A DNA stretch of 64,000 nt, taken from assembly GCA_016776605.1 (NCBI GenBank), contig JADHTB010000010.1, positions 8,727 through 72,726 of the forward strand. Reading direction: 5' to 3'. Each line of letters begins with the position of its first letter. Within the stretch, counting starts at the first letter, position 1. The DNA comes from Alphaproteobacteria bacterium. GTDB lineage: Bacteria > Pseudomonadota > Alphaproteobacteria > GCA-2731375. The notes beneath the pieces were generated by a model, which saw nothing but the letters and a program-made list of their open reading frames with translations, had not been told where the DNA came from and searched no databases. Shown one piece after another: positions 54,200-64,000 of this stretch. A program made the position numbers and the translations under genes.

Positions 54200-55288
54200 T
54201 TAACGCAACTTCAAGGTGGCCAGGCCGACCAAGGCCAGGATGACGGCAATAATCCAAAACCGGATCACGATAGTGGGTTCGGCCCAGCCCTTTTGTTCGT
54301 AATGGTGATGCAAAGGCGCCATGCGGAAGACCCGGCGACCGGTCATCTTGAACGAGGCGACCTGCACGATGACCGACACGGTCTCCAACACGAACAGGCC
54401 GCCAATGATGGCCAGCACCAATTCGTGCTTGGTAACCACGGCGACCGCGCCCAGCCCGCCGCCCAGGGACAAGCTGCCCGTATCGCCCATGAAAACCATG
54501 GCCGGCGGCGCGTTAAACCACAGGAACCCCAACCCGGCTCCAACCAGCGCGCCGCAGTAGACCGCCAGTTCACCAGCGCCCGGCACGGCATGCAGCTGCA
54601 GATAAGAGGCAAACACCACGTTGCCGGTCAGATAGGCGATCAAGGCGAACGCCGAAGCGGCTATAATCAAAGGTCCGATGGCCAGACCATCCAGGCCGTC
54701 GGTCAAATTTACGGCGTTGGACGATCCAACCATGACCAAAGCCGCGAACGGGATGAAAAAGATGCCCAGGTTTAGCAGCACGTCTTTAACGAACGGCAAC
54801 GCCAAATGGGTGGCAATGGCGGCGGGTTGAAACGACATGATCCACCATGCCGCGATCACCGCGACGATCAGTTCCAGTATCAGCTTCAACTTGCCGGGCA
54901 GTCCGCGCACGTTTGCCTGGCTTACTTTCATATAATCATCGGCAAAACCGATCAGGCCAAAGCCACCGGTGACCAACAGCACGGCCCAGACATAGCGGTT
55001 GCTTAGATCAGCCCACAGCAAGGTCGATACCGAAAGCGCCAACAGGATTAGAAAACCACCCATGGTGGGTGTGCCTTGCTTGGCCACGATATGCCCAGCG
55101 GGGCCGTCTTCGCGGATCGGCTGGCCCCGGCCCTGCTTGCTGCGTAGCCAGCGGATCAAGGACGGACCAACAATAAAGCTGATGAGCAACGCCGTTATGA
55201 CCGCCGCACCGGTGCGGAAAGTCAGATAACGGAACAGATTGAAAATGCTGTAATCATCCGCCAGAGGGTAGAGTAGGTTGAAAAGCAT
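54200..55288 (-). CDS. mraY: Phospho-N-acetylmuramoyl-pentapeptide transferase
   Basis: Ten transmembrane segments, DD and HHH motifs; N-terminus MLFNLLYPL. Confidence 0.96.
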   Translation of the reverse strand: MLFNLLYPLADDYSIFNLFRYLTFRTGAAVITALLISFIVGPSLIRWLRSKQGRGQPIREDGPAGHIVAKQGTPTMGGFLILLALSVSTLLWADLSNRYVWAVLLVTGGFGLIGFADDYMKVSQANVRGLPGKLKLILELIVAVIAAWWIMSFQPAAIATHLALPFVKDVLLNLGIFFIPFAALVMVGSSNAVNLTDGLDGLAIGPLIIAASAFALIAYLTGNVVFASYLQLHAVPGAGELAVYCGALVGAGLGFLWFNAPPAMVFMGDTGSLSLGGGLGAVAVVTKHELVLAIIGGLFVLETVSVIVQVASFKMTGRRVFRMAPLHHHYEQKGWAEPTIVIRFWIIAVILALVGLATLKLR

Positions 55289-55297
55289 CCCTGCCCC

Positions 55298-56758
55298 CTA
55301 TCCGTTAGCCATGGAAGAATTCGGCGAAGAACCTGCGTTAGGATTTTCCGGCGATGCCGCCGCGCCCAGACCGCACAAGGCCTGCACAATGGGCGCCATG
55401 GCCAAACCCAGCGAGCCCTTGACCAGCACCGTATCGCCAGGCCGAACCGCGGCCACAACCTTTGGCAGCAGTTGCGCCGATGTTTTTTCATGAACCCCGT
55501 GCATGGACCCGGGCAAGGCATCGAGCAGATGCGCCATATGGGGGCCGCAGGCAAAAACCCGGTCAACCCCAGCCGCCACCAGCGCCGGGGCCAGCGCCGC
55601 ATGTAGGGCCGGCGCCGTTGCGCCCAATTCCAACATGTCGCCCAGAACGGCAATCCGCCGGCCCAGAGGCGCGACCTCTACCGCGCCCAGGGTTTCGATC
55701 GCCGCCGTCATGGCAACGGGTGAAGCATTGTAGCTTTCGTCTATGATCAACAAGGCGCCGTCGCCAAATATGATGTGATGGCGCTGCCCGCGTCCCTTGG
55801 GCGCCGCCACCTCGGCCATGGCCAAGGCGGCCAGTGCCAAATCCGCGCCTAGGGCGCGGACAGCGGCCAACACCGCCAAACTGTTAATCGCCCAATGACG
55901 GCCCGGCGCACCCACCTTGTAGGTCACGGCCTGACCATCAATATCGGCGGAGATGCAGTTGCAGGTGGGATGCTGGGCCAAGCCGATCAGGCGTGCCTGG
56001 GCGTCCTGATGCGCGCCAAAGGAGATGACCCGGCCTACGCCCGCGGCCTTGGCCGCGGCTTCCAAATGGCCGAAGTGCACGTTGTCCCGGTTCAGGATGG
56101 CAACCCCGTCGGGCTCCAGACCGGCGAAAATTTCCGCCTTCGCGTCGGCGATCTGACTAAGCGAGCTGAAAAATTCCAGATGCACCGGCTCCACATTGGT
56201 GATGATGGCAACGTGGGGACGGACCAGACGGCTAAGCGGCGCAATCTCGCCTGGATGGTTCATGCCCAGCTCGAAAACGCCATAACTGCAATCGCGGGGC
56301 ATCCGCGCCAGGCTCAGGGGGACGCCCCAATGATTATTCAAATTGCCTTGGGAGGCGTGCGCGGATGCACTGCGCGCCAGGGCCAGATAAAGCGCCTCTT
56401 TGGTGCCCGTCTTGCCTACGCTACCGGTCACGGCGGCGATCCGGGCTGAACCGCGCGCGCGGGCGGCACGTCCCAAAGCCTGCAATCCAGCCAGCGTATC
56501 GCCGACCAGCAACAGGGGCGCGCCCGGATCCAGATTATCGGGACGATGGCTGACCATGGCGGCGGCGGCGCCACGCGCCAGGGCATCGGCAACAAAACCG
56601 TGACCATCAAAATTCGGCCCCTGGATCGCCACGAACAAATCGCCGGCCTGGACGGCTCGGCTATCGATAGAGACACCGCTGGCCTGCCAATCACCATGGC
56701 TTTGACCGTTGGTCGCGGCGGTCGCTTCAGCGGCCTGCCAAAGGCGGGGGGCGGTCAT
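55298..56758 (-). CDS. murF: UDP-MurNAc-tripeptide--D-alanyl-D-alanine ligase
   Basis: Mur ligase family; position in the cluster. Confidence 0.93.
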   Translation of the reverse strand: MTAPRLWQAAEATAATNGQSHGDWQASGVSIDSRAVQAGDLFVAIQGPNFDGHGFVADALARGAAAAMVSHRPDNLDPGAPLLLVGDTLAGLQALGRAARARGSARIAAVTGSVGKTGTKEALYLALARSASAHASQGNLNNHWGVPLSLARMPRDCSYGVFELGMNHPGEIAPLSRLVRPHVAIITNVEPVHLEFFSSLSQIADAKAEIFAGLEPDGVAILNRDNVHFGHLEAAAKAAGVGRVISFGAHQDAQARLIGLAQHPTCNCISADIDGQAVTYKVGAPGRHWAINSLAVLAAVRALGADLALAALAMAEVAAPKGRGQRHHIIFGDGALLIIDESYNASPVAMTAAIETLGAVEVAPLGRRIAVLGDMLELGATAPALHAALAPALVAAGVDRVFACGPHMAHLLDALPGSMHGVHEKTSAQLLPKVVAAVRPGDTVLVKGSLGLAMAPIVQALCGLGAAASPENPNAGSSPNSSMANG

Positions 56759-58200
56759 GGGTTTTCCCCCGCCAGAACCCTGCGCGCCACATCACGATCA
56801 TCAAAGGGCTGCGTTACACCGTTGATTTCCTGTCCCGTCTCGTGGCCCTTGCCGGCGATCAGCAAGACATCGTCGGGGGCCAGCCAGGCGATTGCCGTGG
56901 CTATGGCCTGGCCACGGTCGCCGATCTCGGTCGCGGCGGGACAACCGCGCAGAACCTCGGCCCGGATCAGGGCGGCATCTTCGCTGCGGGGGTTATCGTC
57001 GGTGACCACTGTTTTATCAGCCAGTTCGGCGGCAATGCGGCCCATCTGCGGGCGTTTACCCCGGTCCCGGTCGCCACCGCAGCCAAAAACCACGATCAGC
57101 CGGCCTTTGGTATGGGGACGCAGAGCGGTAATGGCGGCGCGCAAGGCTTCCGGCTTATGGGAATAGTCCACATAGACGCGGCCGCCATTTGCCCGCGTCC
57201 CGACCGCCTGCAAGCGGCCCGGCACGCCGGTAAGCTGGGCCGCGGCGGCCAACACCGCGCCCGGATCTTCGCCACAGGCCAGAACCAGGGCGATGGCGCA
57301 CAAAACGTTCTCGGCCTGAAACGCGCCGATCAATGGCAACGCCAGTTCGGCCGTGTGACCCAGGGCCCCGATAGACAGCAATTGTCCATCGCCAACGATC
57401 CGGCGCTGCAATAAATCGATATCGCCGCCCGCGCCGAAAGTAAGGATGCGATGGCGCCTGGCTTCGCAGACGGCGCGCAGGCGATCCGTCAGATCAGAGC
57501 CCACGGGCAATACCGCCGTGCCGCCCGGCGCCATAACAACCTTGAACAGGTGCAGTTTGGCCTGAAAATAGGCCTCCTCGTCAGCATGATAATCCAGATG
57601 ATCACGGGACAGATTTGTAAAAGCGGCCGCGATCACCTTCACGCAATCCAGTCGCCGTTGCTCCAAACCGTGGCTGGAAGCTTCCAGAGCCAGACGGTCA
57701 ACGCCCGCCGCCGCCAGATCCCGCAACGCTTCATGCAGGATCACCGGGTCCGGCGTGGTATGGGCCAGTTTGCGTTGCAGGGACGCTGAATTGACGCCTA
57801 GTGTCCCAAGGCTGGCGCCGGAACGGCCCAGGGCAGCCCAGATCTGTCGGATAAATTCAACAATGGAACTTTTGCCAGCGGTGCCGGTCACGGCGACGAC
57901 GGTTTCAGGCTGGCCGGCAAAAAAGTGCGCCGCCAATTGCGCGAGGCGGCGGCGTGGCTCTTCATCCTCAATGATAGGAATATCGACCGATGTTTTTAAG
58001 CTGGCGGCAAGGCCGGGCGGCCCCAACAGCGCGGCGGCGCCACGGCGGATCGCCTCGGGCACGAAATCCGCACCGTTGATCGAACGATCGGCAACGCTGC
58101 TAGGCAAGGCGGCGAACAGATAGCCGGGCGCTACCAACCGGCTATCAGCCGTCAGCCCAACAATTTCCCGATCCGCCAACTGGCCCATTCCGTCTCCCAT
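56755..58200 (-). CDS. murE: UDP-MurNAc-L-Ala-D-Glu--2,6-diaminopimelate ligase
   Basis: Mur ligase domains and a DNPR meso-DAP specificity motif. Start chosen at the ATG at 58198-58200; the track ORF extends 77 codons further into ftsI and is implausible. Confidence 0.9.
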   Translation of the reverse strand: MGDGMGQLADREIVGLTADSRLVAPGYLFAALPSSVADRSINGADFVPEAIRRGAAALLGPPGLAASLKTSVDIPIIEDEEPRRRLAQLAAHFFAGQPETVVAVTGTAGKSSIVEFIRQIWAALGRSGASLGTLGVNSASLQRKLAHTTPDPVILHEALRDLAAAGVDRLALEASSHGLEQRRLDCVKVIAAAFTNLSRDHLDYHADEEAYFQAKLHLFKVVMAPGGTAVLPVGSDLTDRLRAVCEARRHRILTFGAGGDIDLLQRRIVGDGQLLSIGALGHTAELALPLIGAFQAENVLCAIALVLACGEDPGAVLAAAAQLTGVPGRLQAVGTRANGGRVYVDYSHKPEALRAAITALRPHTKGRLIVVFGCGGDRDRGKRPQMGRIAAELADKTVVTDDNPRSEDAALIRAEVLRGCPAATEIGDRGQAIATAIAWLAPDDVLLIAGKGHETGQEINGVTQPFDDRDVARRVLAGENP

Positions 58201-58204
58201 GAGT

Positions 58205-59968
58205 TCAATTAACCGCAACGTTCCGGCCCCGGCCGTGCAAGGACGAAGTCGGCGGCAACGCCATCGCCCGCTGAATTGGCGCGGCCTCATCATCGACGGG
58301 CCGAACCCCCAGGATTGGTGCAATCCGGCTAACCACCCGCCCGGCCAGCGGCGCCGCTGTCCAGCCGGCGGTGGCATAGCCGTGGGTTTCTCCGTCGCCC
58401 CGCGGCTCGTCCAACAGCACGTAGAGGACATATTGTGGCGCCGTCATGGGAAAAGCCGCGACAAAGGAAGAGATCAAGGCATCGTGGCGGTAGCCGCCCG
58501 CGGCGGCCTTTTCCGCCGTGCCGGTTTTACCGCCAACCAGATAGCCCGGCGCATCGGCCTTGCGTCCGGTGCCCTTTTCGACCACGGCGCGGAGCAGACG
58601 GCGCAGCTGGTTCGAAGTCTGGGCGCTGATAACCTGCACGCCAAGCGTTCGCGCATCTGGCTTGCGCTTGATTAAGGTAGCGGGCAGCAGCACACCGCCA
58701 TTCACCGTAGCCGCGAAGGCGGTGGCGAATTGCACCGGACTAACCGCCAGGCCATGGCCGTAGGCGGCGGTCATGGTTCTGATTTCGCCCCAACGGGCCG
58801 GAATGATGGGCCTGCCAACTTCGGGCAATTCCAGGCTGGGCGCGCTCAATAGGCCAAACCGTTCAAAGTACCTGCGCTGACCGTCGCGGCCCACATCCAG
58901 GGCCATCTTGGCGGCGCCGATGTTGGAGGAATAGATCAGGATTTCCGGCACCGACAACCAGCGCTTTTTGGCATGGCTATCGCGAATGGTGAATCTGGCC
59001 ATGCGGATCGGATCGGTCGCGTCATAGCCGCCGCGCAATTTGGCCGCGCCACTGTCCAGCGCCATGGCCACGGTCAGCACCTTGAAGACCGAGCCCAACT
59101 CGTACACACCCTTGGTGGCGCGGTTGAAGCGGGCCAGGGCGGGCGCGGCGGTGGGATGGTTGGGATCAAAATCCGGCAATGAGGCCAAGGCCAATATTTC
59201 ACCTGAATTGGCATTCATCACCACGCCGGCGGCGCCCGCGGCGCGAAAGCGCTCCATGGCCGCCGACAGTTCATCGTGCAGCACATGCTGCACCCTGACA
59301 TCCAGGGATAATTGCAGGGCCTGCCCCTCGGGGCCACGGTTACGCATTTCCTGGTCAAAGTATTTTTCAATACCGGCGATGCCGTTGCCGTCAACATCGG
59401 TGAAACCCAGGACATGGGATTCCAATGCGCCCTGGGGATACAGGCGGTGCTGTTCGTCACGGAAATACAAACCCGGAATACCCAGGCCATTGACCGCCGC
59501 TTGTTGTGATGGTGTCAGGTTCCGCTTCAGCCAGACGAAGGCACGGCCCGAGGCCAGGCGTTCCAGGACCGCCGACAGACTCAATTCCGGCAGGACCGTG
59601 ACCAAACGCCGGGCCGCCTCGGGCGCATCGCGCACCACCCTGGCGTCGGCATACAAAGACGCGGTCAACAAACTGGTGGCCAGAAGAATTCCGTTTCGGT
59701 CCACGATACCGGCCCTGCCGGCGGTGGACTTGGTGGGGCTGGCGGGGATGAAGGCATGGGATCGAACCGGGTCGCGAATGACGGTCAGCTCGATCAGCCG
59801 GCCGCCCAATACCACGAAGCTGATGGCGAAAACCAACGCCACGGTCAACAGCCGGGTACGGCCAATGCGGATCGCCTGGGCCTTGCTGCCAACCAAAAGG
59901 GCATCGTCATCCGGCCCCATTTCAACCGCCATGTCCCGCGCCGAGACCGGCACATCCGAACGTATCAT
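58205..59968 (-). CDS. ftsI: Peptidoglycan D,D-transpeptidase FtsI (PBP3)
   Basis: N-terminal transmembrane anchor, PBP dimerisation domain, and transpeptidase motifs SxxK, SxN and KTG. Confidence 0.93.
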   Translation of the reverse strand: MIRSDVPVSARDMAVEMGPDDDALLVGSKAQAIRIGRTRLLTVALVFAISFVVLGGRLIELTVIRDPVRSHAFIPASPTKSTAGRAGIVDRNGILLATSLLTASLYADARVVRDAPEAARRLVTVLPELSLSAVLERLASGRAFVWLKRNLTPSQQAAVNGLGIPGLYFRDEQHRLYPQGALESHVLGFTDVDGNGIAGIEKYFDQEMRNRGPEGQALQLSLDVRVQHVLHDELSAAMERFRAAGAAGVVMNANSGEILALASLPDFDPNHPTAAPALARFNRATKGVYELGSVFKVLTVAMALDSGAAKLRGGYDATDPIRMARFTIRDSHAKKRWLSVPEILIYSSNIGAAKMALDVGRDGQRRYFERFGLLSAPSLELPEVGRPIIPARWGEIRTMTAAYGHGLAVSPVQFATAFAATVNGGVLLPATLIKRKPDARTLGVQVISAQTSNQLRRLLRAVVEKGTGRKADAPGYLVGGKTGTAEKAAAGGYRHDALISSFVAAFPMTAPQYVLYVLLDEPRGDGETHGYATAGWTAAPLAGRVVSRIAPILGVRPVDDEAAPIQRAMALPPTSSLHGRGRNVAVN

Positions 59969-60408
59969 GGCTGCCTCCCGCTACTGGCCAGGATAATCCG
60001 CCCGGTGGGGCGCGGCTTGACCGGCTTCCAACCCGGCAGGGGCGGTGCGACCGACTGTTCCCGGCCATTATTTCGAACCGCCTCGTCCCTGGCGCCATCG
60101 TTCCCTGGTTTGCCAGCATCGCGAATGGCGTTGGCATTCAGGGGTAGACTGGCCAGTCCGCCGATCTGTTCCGGCGTCAGGGGCGCAAGGGCAAGATAAC
60201 GCCCGGCCAGGGTCTGTACCCGGCTGGGCTGACTTAGGAAACTCCATTCCGCCGCCAGGATGCGGCTGTTGTGCCGGTTCTCCTCCAACTGAGCGGTTGC
60301 CACGGACAGGCGCCGCTCCAACCGCTGCACCTCAGATTTCAGGCGGTACAAGCCCAGGGAGATGGCCAGCACCAGCGACAGTACAACAATGGTGATGGGC
60401 CACCTCAT
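59965..60408 (-). CDS. ftsL: Cell division protein FtsL (alphaproteobacterial type)
   Basis: Small bitopic protein with a transmembrane segment and coiled coil; lies between rsmH and ftsI. Confidence 0.8.
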   Translation of the reverse strand: MRWPITIVVLSLVLAISLGLYRLKSEVQRLERRLSVATAQLEENRHNSRILAAEWSFLSQPSRVQTLAGRYLALAPLTPEQIGGLASLPLNANAIRDAGKPGNDGARDEAVRNNGREQSVAPPLPGWKPVKPRPTGRIILASSGRQP

Positions 60409-61364
60409 GCCGCCGCCTCCCCGCCCGATACGGCAAGCGCGGTGCGCTGGGCAACCCGCAAACGGGCCGAACGGGCCCTGGGATTGGCCGCGGTCTCGGC
60501 CGCCGTGGGTTTGGCAACGCCGCGCCGGGGCAATTGAAAGGTGACTGGGCCCTGTTCGTTGTCAGGCGGGCGGTGACGCGAGGGGCTGGGTTGCAGGCCA
60601 GCCCGTTCGTTCAGGAACTGTTTAACCTCCCGATCCTCCAGCGAATGGAAGGAAACCACGGCCAGCCAACCCTGGGGCGCCAACAGGCGTTCAGCGGCAC
60701 GCAGGCCCTGGCGCAGTTCGTCGATCTCGCTGTTTACGTAGATGCGCAGAGCCTGAAAAGTACGGGTCGCGGGATGGATACGCCCGGCCCCCCGGCCGAT
60801 AACCTTGGCAACGATGTCGGCCAGCGCCGTGGTTCGTTCAATCGGGGCGATCTCCCGCGCCTTGATGATGGCGCGCGCCACCGCGCGGGAGCGGCGCTCG
60901 TCACCCAATTGATAAATGATATCGGCCAGTTCATCCTGACCACGGCTGTTGACTACATCCGCGGCGCTTTCCCCGGCCTGGGCCATACGCATATCCAACG
61001 GGCCATCGGCGGCGAACGAAAATCCGCGCTGGGCCTGATCCAGTTGCATCGAGGAAACGCCCAAATCCAGGGTGACACCTTGCACCTGGGACGCACCAGC
61101 TGCGCGGGCCAATTGCTCCATCTCGGAAAAACGGCCCTGAAGCAAGGTCAGGCGTCCGCCATAACGCGCCACGATCGGGGCGCCCGCCGCCACCGCATCC
61201 GGGTCGCGGTCGATGGCGATCAGGCGGCAATCGGCCGCATCCAGAATGACCTGCGCATAACCGCCTGCCCCAAAGGTGCCGTCCAGATAGGTGCCGCCAG
61301 CCGTGGGGGCCAGGGCATCCAGCACCTCTGCGATCATCACCGGAATGTGGGCGGCGGCGGTCAT
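60405..61364 (-). CDS. rsmH: 16S rRNA (cytosine1402-N4)-methyltransferase
   Basis: MraW family SAM-binding motifs. Confidence 0.93.
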   Translation of the reverse strand: MTAAAHIPVMIAEVLDALAPTAGGTYLDGTFGAGGYAQVILDAADCRLIAIDRDPDAVAAGAPIVARYGGRLTLLQGRFSEMEQLARAAGASQVQGVTLDLGVSSMQLDQAQRGFSFAADGPLDMRMAQAGESAADVVNSRGQDELADIIYQLGDERRSRAVARAIIKAREIAPIERTTALADIVAKVIGRGAGRIHPATRTFQALRIYVNSEIDELRQGLRAAERLLAPQGWLAVVSFHSLEDREVKQFLNERAGLQPSPSRHRPPDNEQGPVTFQLPRRGVAKPTAAETAANPRARSARLRVAQRTALAVSGGEAAA

Positions 61365-61876
61365 GCGCCGTTCTCCGTTTGATTGCGGCCCGAATTATTG
61401 CGGCTGTGCAGCTCGAACTTGGCAGCCTGATCCTTGGCCCGATCCGAAGCCTCCAACTCGTAAGCTTCATAAGCCGCCGGCGCCCAAATCTGGAAGGTCG
61501 CGCCACGGCCCGCGAAGGTGGCCAAGCCGGTGATGCCCGCGTGTTGCAGCAATGGCTGCGGAAGGATAACCCGGCCTTCGCTGTCAAACGGCAGGCGATG
61601 CGACTTGGTCAGGATGGCAGTGGCAAGATCGCCGAATTCGTTGGAGAATGGATTAAGACTGTCGATGCCTTCGGACAGGGACTTTATCCGGTCGATGTCA
61701 CACGCATCCAGGGCGCCGTCGCTCACCGGAGAGGGGAATACGATAACGCCCGCGAAGGCTTCGCTGGTCAGGTCGGCACGGAACGACGCCGGCACGGAAA
61801 CCCGTCCCTTCCCGTCTACCTTGTTATCAAATCGCGACAAAAACAGGGCCACGACAAATCTCCTGATTCGTGTCAT
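61361..61876 (-). CDS. mraZ: Transcriptional regulator MraZ
   Basis: Two SpoVT/AbrB-like DxxGR modules (FLSRFDNKVDGKGRVSVP and a second copy). The true start is probably 8-10 codons inside the track ORF. Confidence 0.85.
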   Translation of the reverse strand: MTRIRRFVVALFLSRFDNKVDGKGRVSVPASFRADLTSEAFAGVIVFPSPVSDGALDACDIDRIKSLSEGIDSLNPFSNEFGDLATAILTKSHRLPFDSEGRVILPQPLLQHAGITGLATFAGRGATFQIWAPAAYEAYELEASDRAKDQAAKFELHSRNNSGRNQTENGA

Positions 61877-61935
61877 CGTAACGAGACGTCACGCCACGCG
61901 ATCAACATTTCTCGTCACGATGCCCAATTTGGGTT
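61877..61935 (-). promoter_or_regulatory. Candidate mraZ/dcw promoter-operator region with three CGT(A/C)ACG repeats
   Basis: Hexamers at 61877-61883, 61888-61894 and 61914-61920, the first two with 10-11-bp periodicity, immediately upstream of mraZ. MraZ proteins bind direct repeats in their own promoter. Confidence 0.3.
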
Positions 61936-62242
61936 TTTATGGGATATCATGCCTTAATATGCCCGTCAATTATTAAACAAATAATTAATTGGCGTTCTCA
62001 AAGTTAAAATTAGAGCAATGAAGTGTTTCGCCAAATGCCGCGAGCGATCAAATCCGGCTTGATCTATAAAATTACCAGACGATTCAGAGCAACAATCAGG
62101 ATGGTCTATAGGAACAATGAGGCGAAACCTTGTTCCTTTTATGTTCTTATTGTTATTTTTGCTCCGCACGGCGTGGTGCCAAAGCTCTTTCGAGATTGGC
62201 TGAACCACCCGCGCTCCGCATCGGCACATTATGAAGAAGGGG

Positions 62243-62680
<438 letters not shown>

Positions 62681-62731
62681 GATGGAGGCAACAGCCGGCC
62701 CGGTCAAGTTGTCGGGGTCAACTCATGCGGA

Positions 62732-63400
62732 TCAAGTCATGGAATCTAACAATCCAGTCAGCAGGCCCAGGCATTCGTCGTCCATCGCGCCATCAACCTG
62801 TCCCGGGCGCCAGTGACGTTGAAAGGCCATGGCGCACGCCGCCAGCCCGGCGCCGGAGACGTCATAGCCGAAGCGGGCCAATGCCGCCGCCGACAAATCA
62901 TTGCCTTGGGACCGTACTGGCCACAGGCCAACCCCCGCCGCCGCCAGGGCGGCCCAGTCGAACAATTCGCCGGGATCCTGCTTGCGCGCCGGGGCCACGT
63001 CCGCATGACCCAGAACCCGATGGGGCGGAATGGGATGGCGGCGCAGGATGTCGCGGCAAAGCTCCTTCAAGGCATCCATCTGCGCCCGGGGAAAGGCGCG
63101 GTAGCCGAATTCATGACCCGGGTTGACCAATTCGATGCCGATGGAACAGCCGTTTATATCTTCCTCTCCAGCCCAATGAGAAACCCCGGCGTGCCAGGCC
63201 CTGCGGTCTTCCCCAACCAATGCAAAAACCGCACCGTCTTCAGCAATCAGATAGTGGGCCGAAACCTTGGCCGCCGCGTCGCACAACCGCGACAGGGCCG
63301 CTTCAGCGCCGAGCATGCCGGTATAGTGAAGCAGCAACATGTCGATGACGCCGCCCGGCGGGCGGGCATCATGATTGGGCGATGGCCTCGCGACGATCAC
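62732..63400 (-). CDS. ampD: 1,6-anhydro-N-acetylmuramyl-L-alanine amidase AmpD
   Basis: Amidase_2 domain with an N-terminal SPNHDARP...IDMLLLHYT motif. Confidence 0.85.
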   Translation of the reverse strand: MIVARPSPNHDARPPGGVIDMLLLHYTGMLGAEAALSRLCDAAAKVSAHYLIAEDGAVFALVGEDRRAWHAGVSHWAGEEDINGCSIGIELVNPGHEFGYRAFPRAQMDALKELCRDILRRHPIPPHRVLGHADVAPARKQDPGELFDWAALAAAGVGLWPVRSQGNDLSAAALARFGYDVSGAGLAACAMAFQRHWRPGQVDGAMDDECLGLLTGLLDSMT

Positions 63401-64000
63401 GCCAGCAGGCTCTCGGCCCGATCAAGGTCTTCGGGCCGGTTGGCATTGAAGAATGGGTCGAAGGGATGTACCGGCCAGTCCACATGCACCAGGGCATGGC
63501 GCGCCGTCCAGGCATCGATCTTGCGCAGATCCTCGACCTCCATAGCCCGGCGCAAATCATCCGCCAGGTCAACATCCCACAGGCCAATCGGCGGATGCGT
63601 CCGTCCGTCGGACCGGGCACAGGCGATCCGCGCGCCCGCCTCCTGCTTCGCCGCGGCCAGCCGGGGCACCAGATCAAGGGGCAGAAATGGCCCGTCCGTA
63701 GGTGTGGACAGCATCATGGTAACGCCCGCGCCGTGCGCGCGCACCCACTCCATACCGGTCAGGATACCGGCCAGGGGGCCGGCCATGCCGGGGATGCTAT
63801 CGGCCACCACCGGCAGGCCAAATGCGGCGAAACGGCTGCCATCGCCATTGGCGTTCAAAACCAGTCTGCCGACCTGGCCGTGCAAGCGCTCAATCACATG
63901 GGCCAACAGGGGCCGCCCGCCCAAAAGCCGCAGACATTTGTCGCCGCCCCCCATGCGCCGGGCGCCGCCACCGGCCAACAGCAAGCCGATGATAGCGTGA
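63397..64000 (-). CDS. mobA: Molybdenum cofactor guanylyltransferase MobA (5' end at or beyond the window edge)
   Basis: LAGGGARRMGGGDKCL N-terminal motif. Overlaps ampD by 4 nt. Confidence 0.8.
   Translation of the reverse strand, partial: HAIIGLLLAGGGARRMGGGDKCLRLLGGRPLLAHVIERLHGQVGRLVLNANGDGSRFAAFGLPVVADSIPGMAGPLAGILTGMEWVRAHGAGVTMMLSTPTDGPFLPLDLVPRLAAAKQEAGARIACARSDGRTHPPIGLWDVDLADDLRRAMEVEDLRKIDAWTARHALVHVDWPVHPFDPFFNANRPEDLDRAESLLA

Noticed and set aside
56755-58431. Long murE ORF (558 aa) overlapping the 3' end of ftsI by about 230 nt
   Set aside because: The N-terminal 77 residues are Trp/Arg/Cys-rich and unlike MurE. An ATG at 58198-58200, 4 nt downstream of the ftsI stop, gives a normal MurE of about 480 aa.

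Overview
This 64-kb window is high-GC (about 64%) and alphaproteobacterial in character (Rhodospirillales-like gene order); it is mostly core chromosome. The right-hand half (about 41.6-61.9 kb, minus strand) is a complete division/cell-wall (dcw) cluster: mraZ-rsmH-ftsL-ftsI-murE-murF-mraY-murD-ftsW-murG-murC-murB-ddl-ftsQ-ftsA-ftsZ-lpxC. Downstream of it lie an unannotated RNase P RNA gene (rnpB), ampD and mobA. The left-hand and middle portions carry housekeeping and accessory genes, listed individually as features. The most unusual locus is at 3.4-7.3 kb. Two ORFs in the same frame (3427..3750 and 3769..5169) are separated only by a single TGA that falls inside the motif C-U-G-S-C, with a SECIS-like hairpin immediately after it; this reads as one UGSC-type selenoprotein fused to a large uncharacterised domain. 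It is followed, with translational coupling, by a tandem paralogue lacking the Sec domain and by a thioredoxin-reductase-like flavoprotein carrying a CAFC redox motif. Together they form a candidate selenium-dependent redox module that I cannot assign to any characterised pathway. The window also carries a MITE-like intergenic repeat family of about 110 bp with GCTCTAGAGC-type terminal inverted repeats (at least 5 copies), a second hairpin-element family, an array of 5 x 18-bp tandem repeats upstream of lpxC, and low-complexity repeat insertions in RodZ and LpxC. No CRISPR arrays, integrases or transposases were seen. Start codons are approximate (TTG/GTG starts are frequent). At 3298-3303 my reading of the sequence does not reproduce the ORF-track reading frame for the LLM gene, so that gene's start is uncertain.
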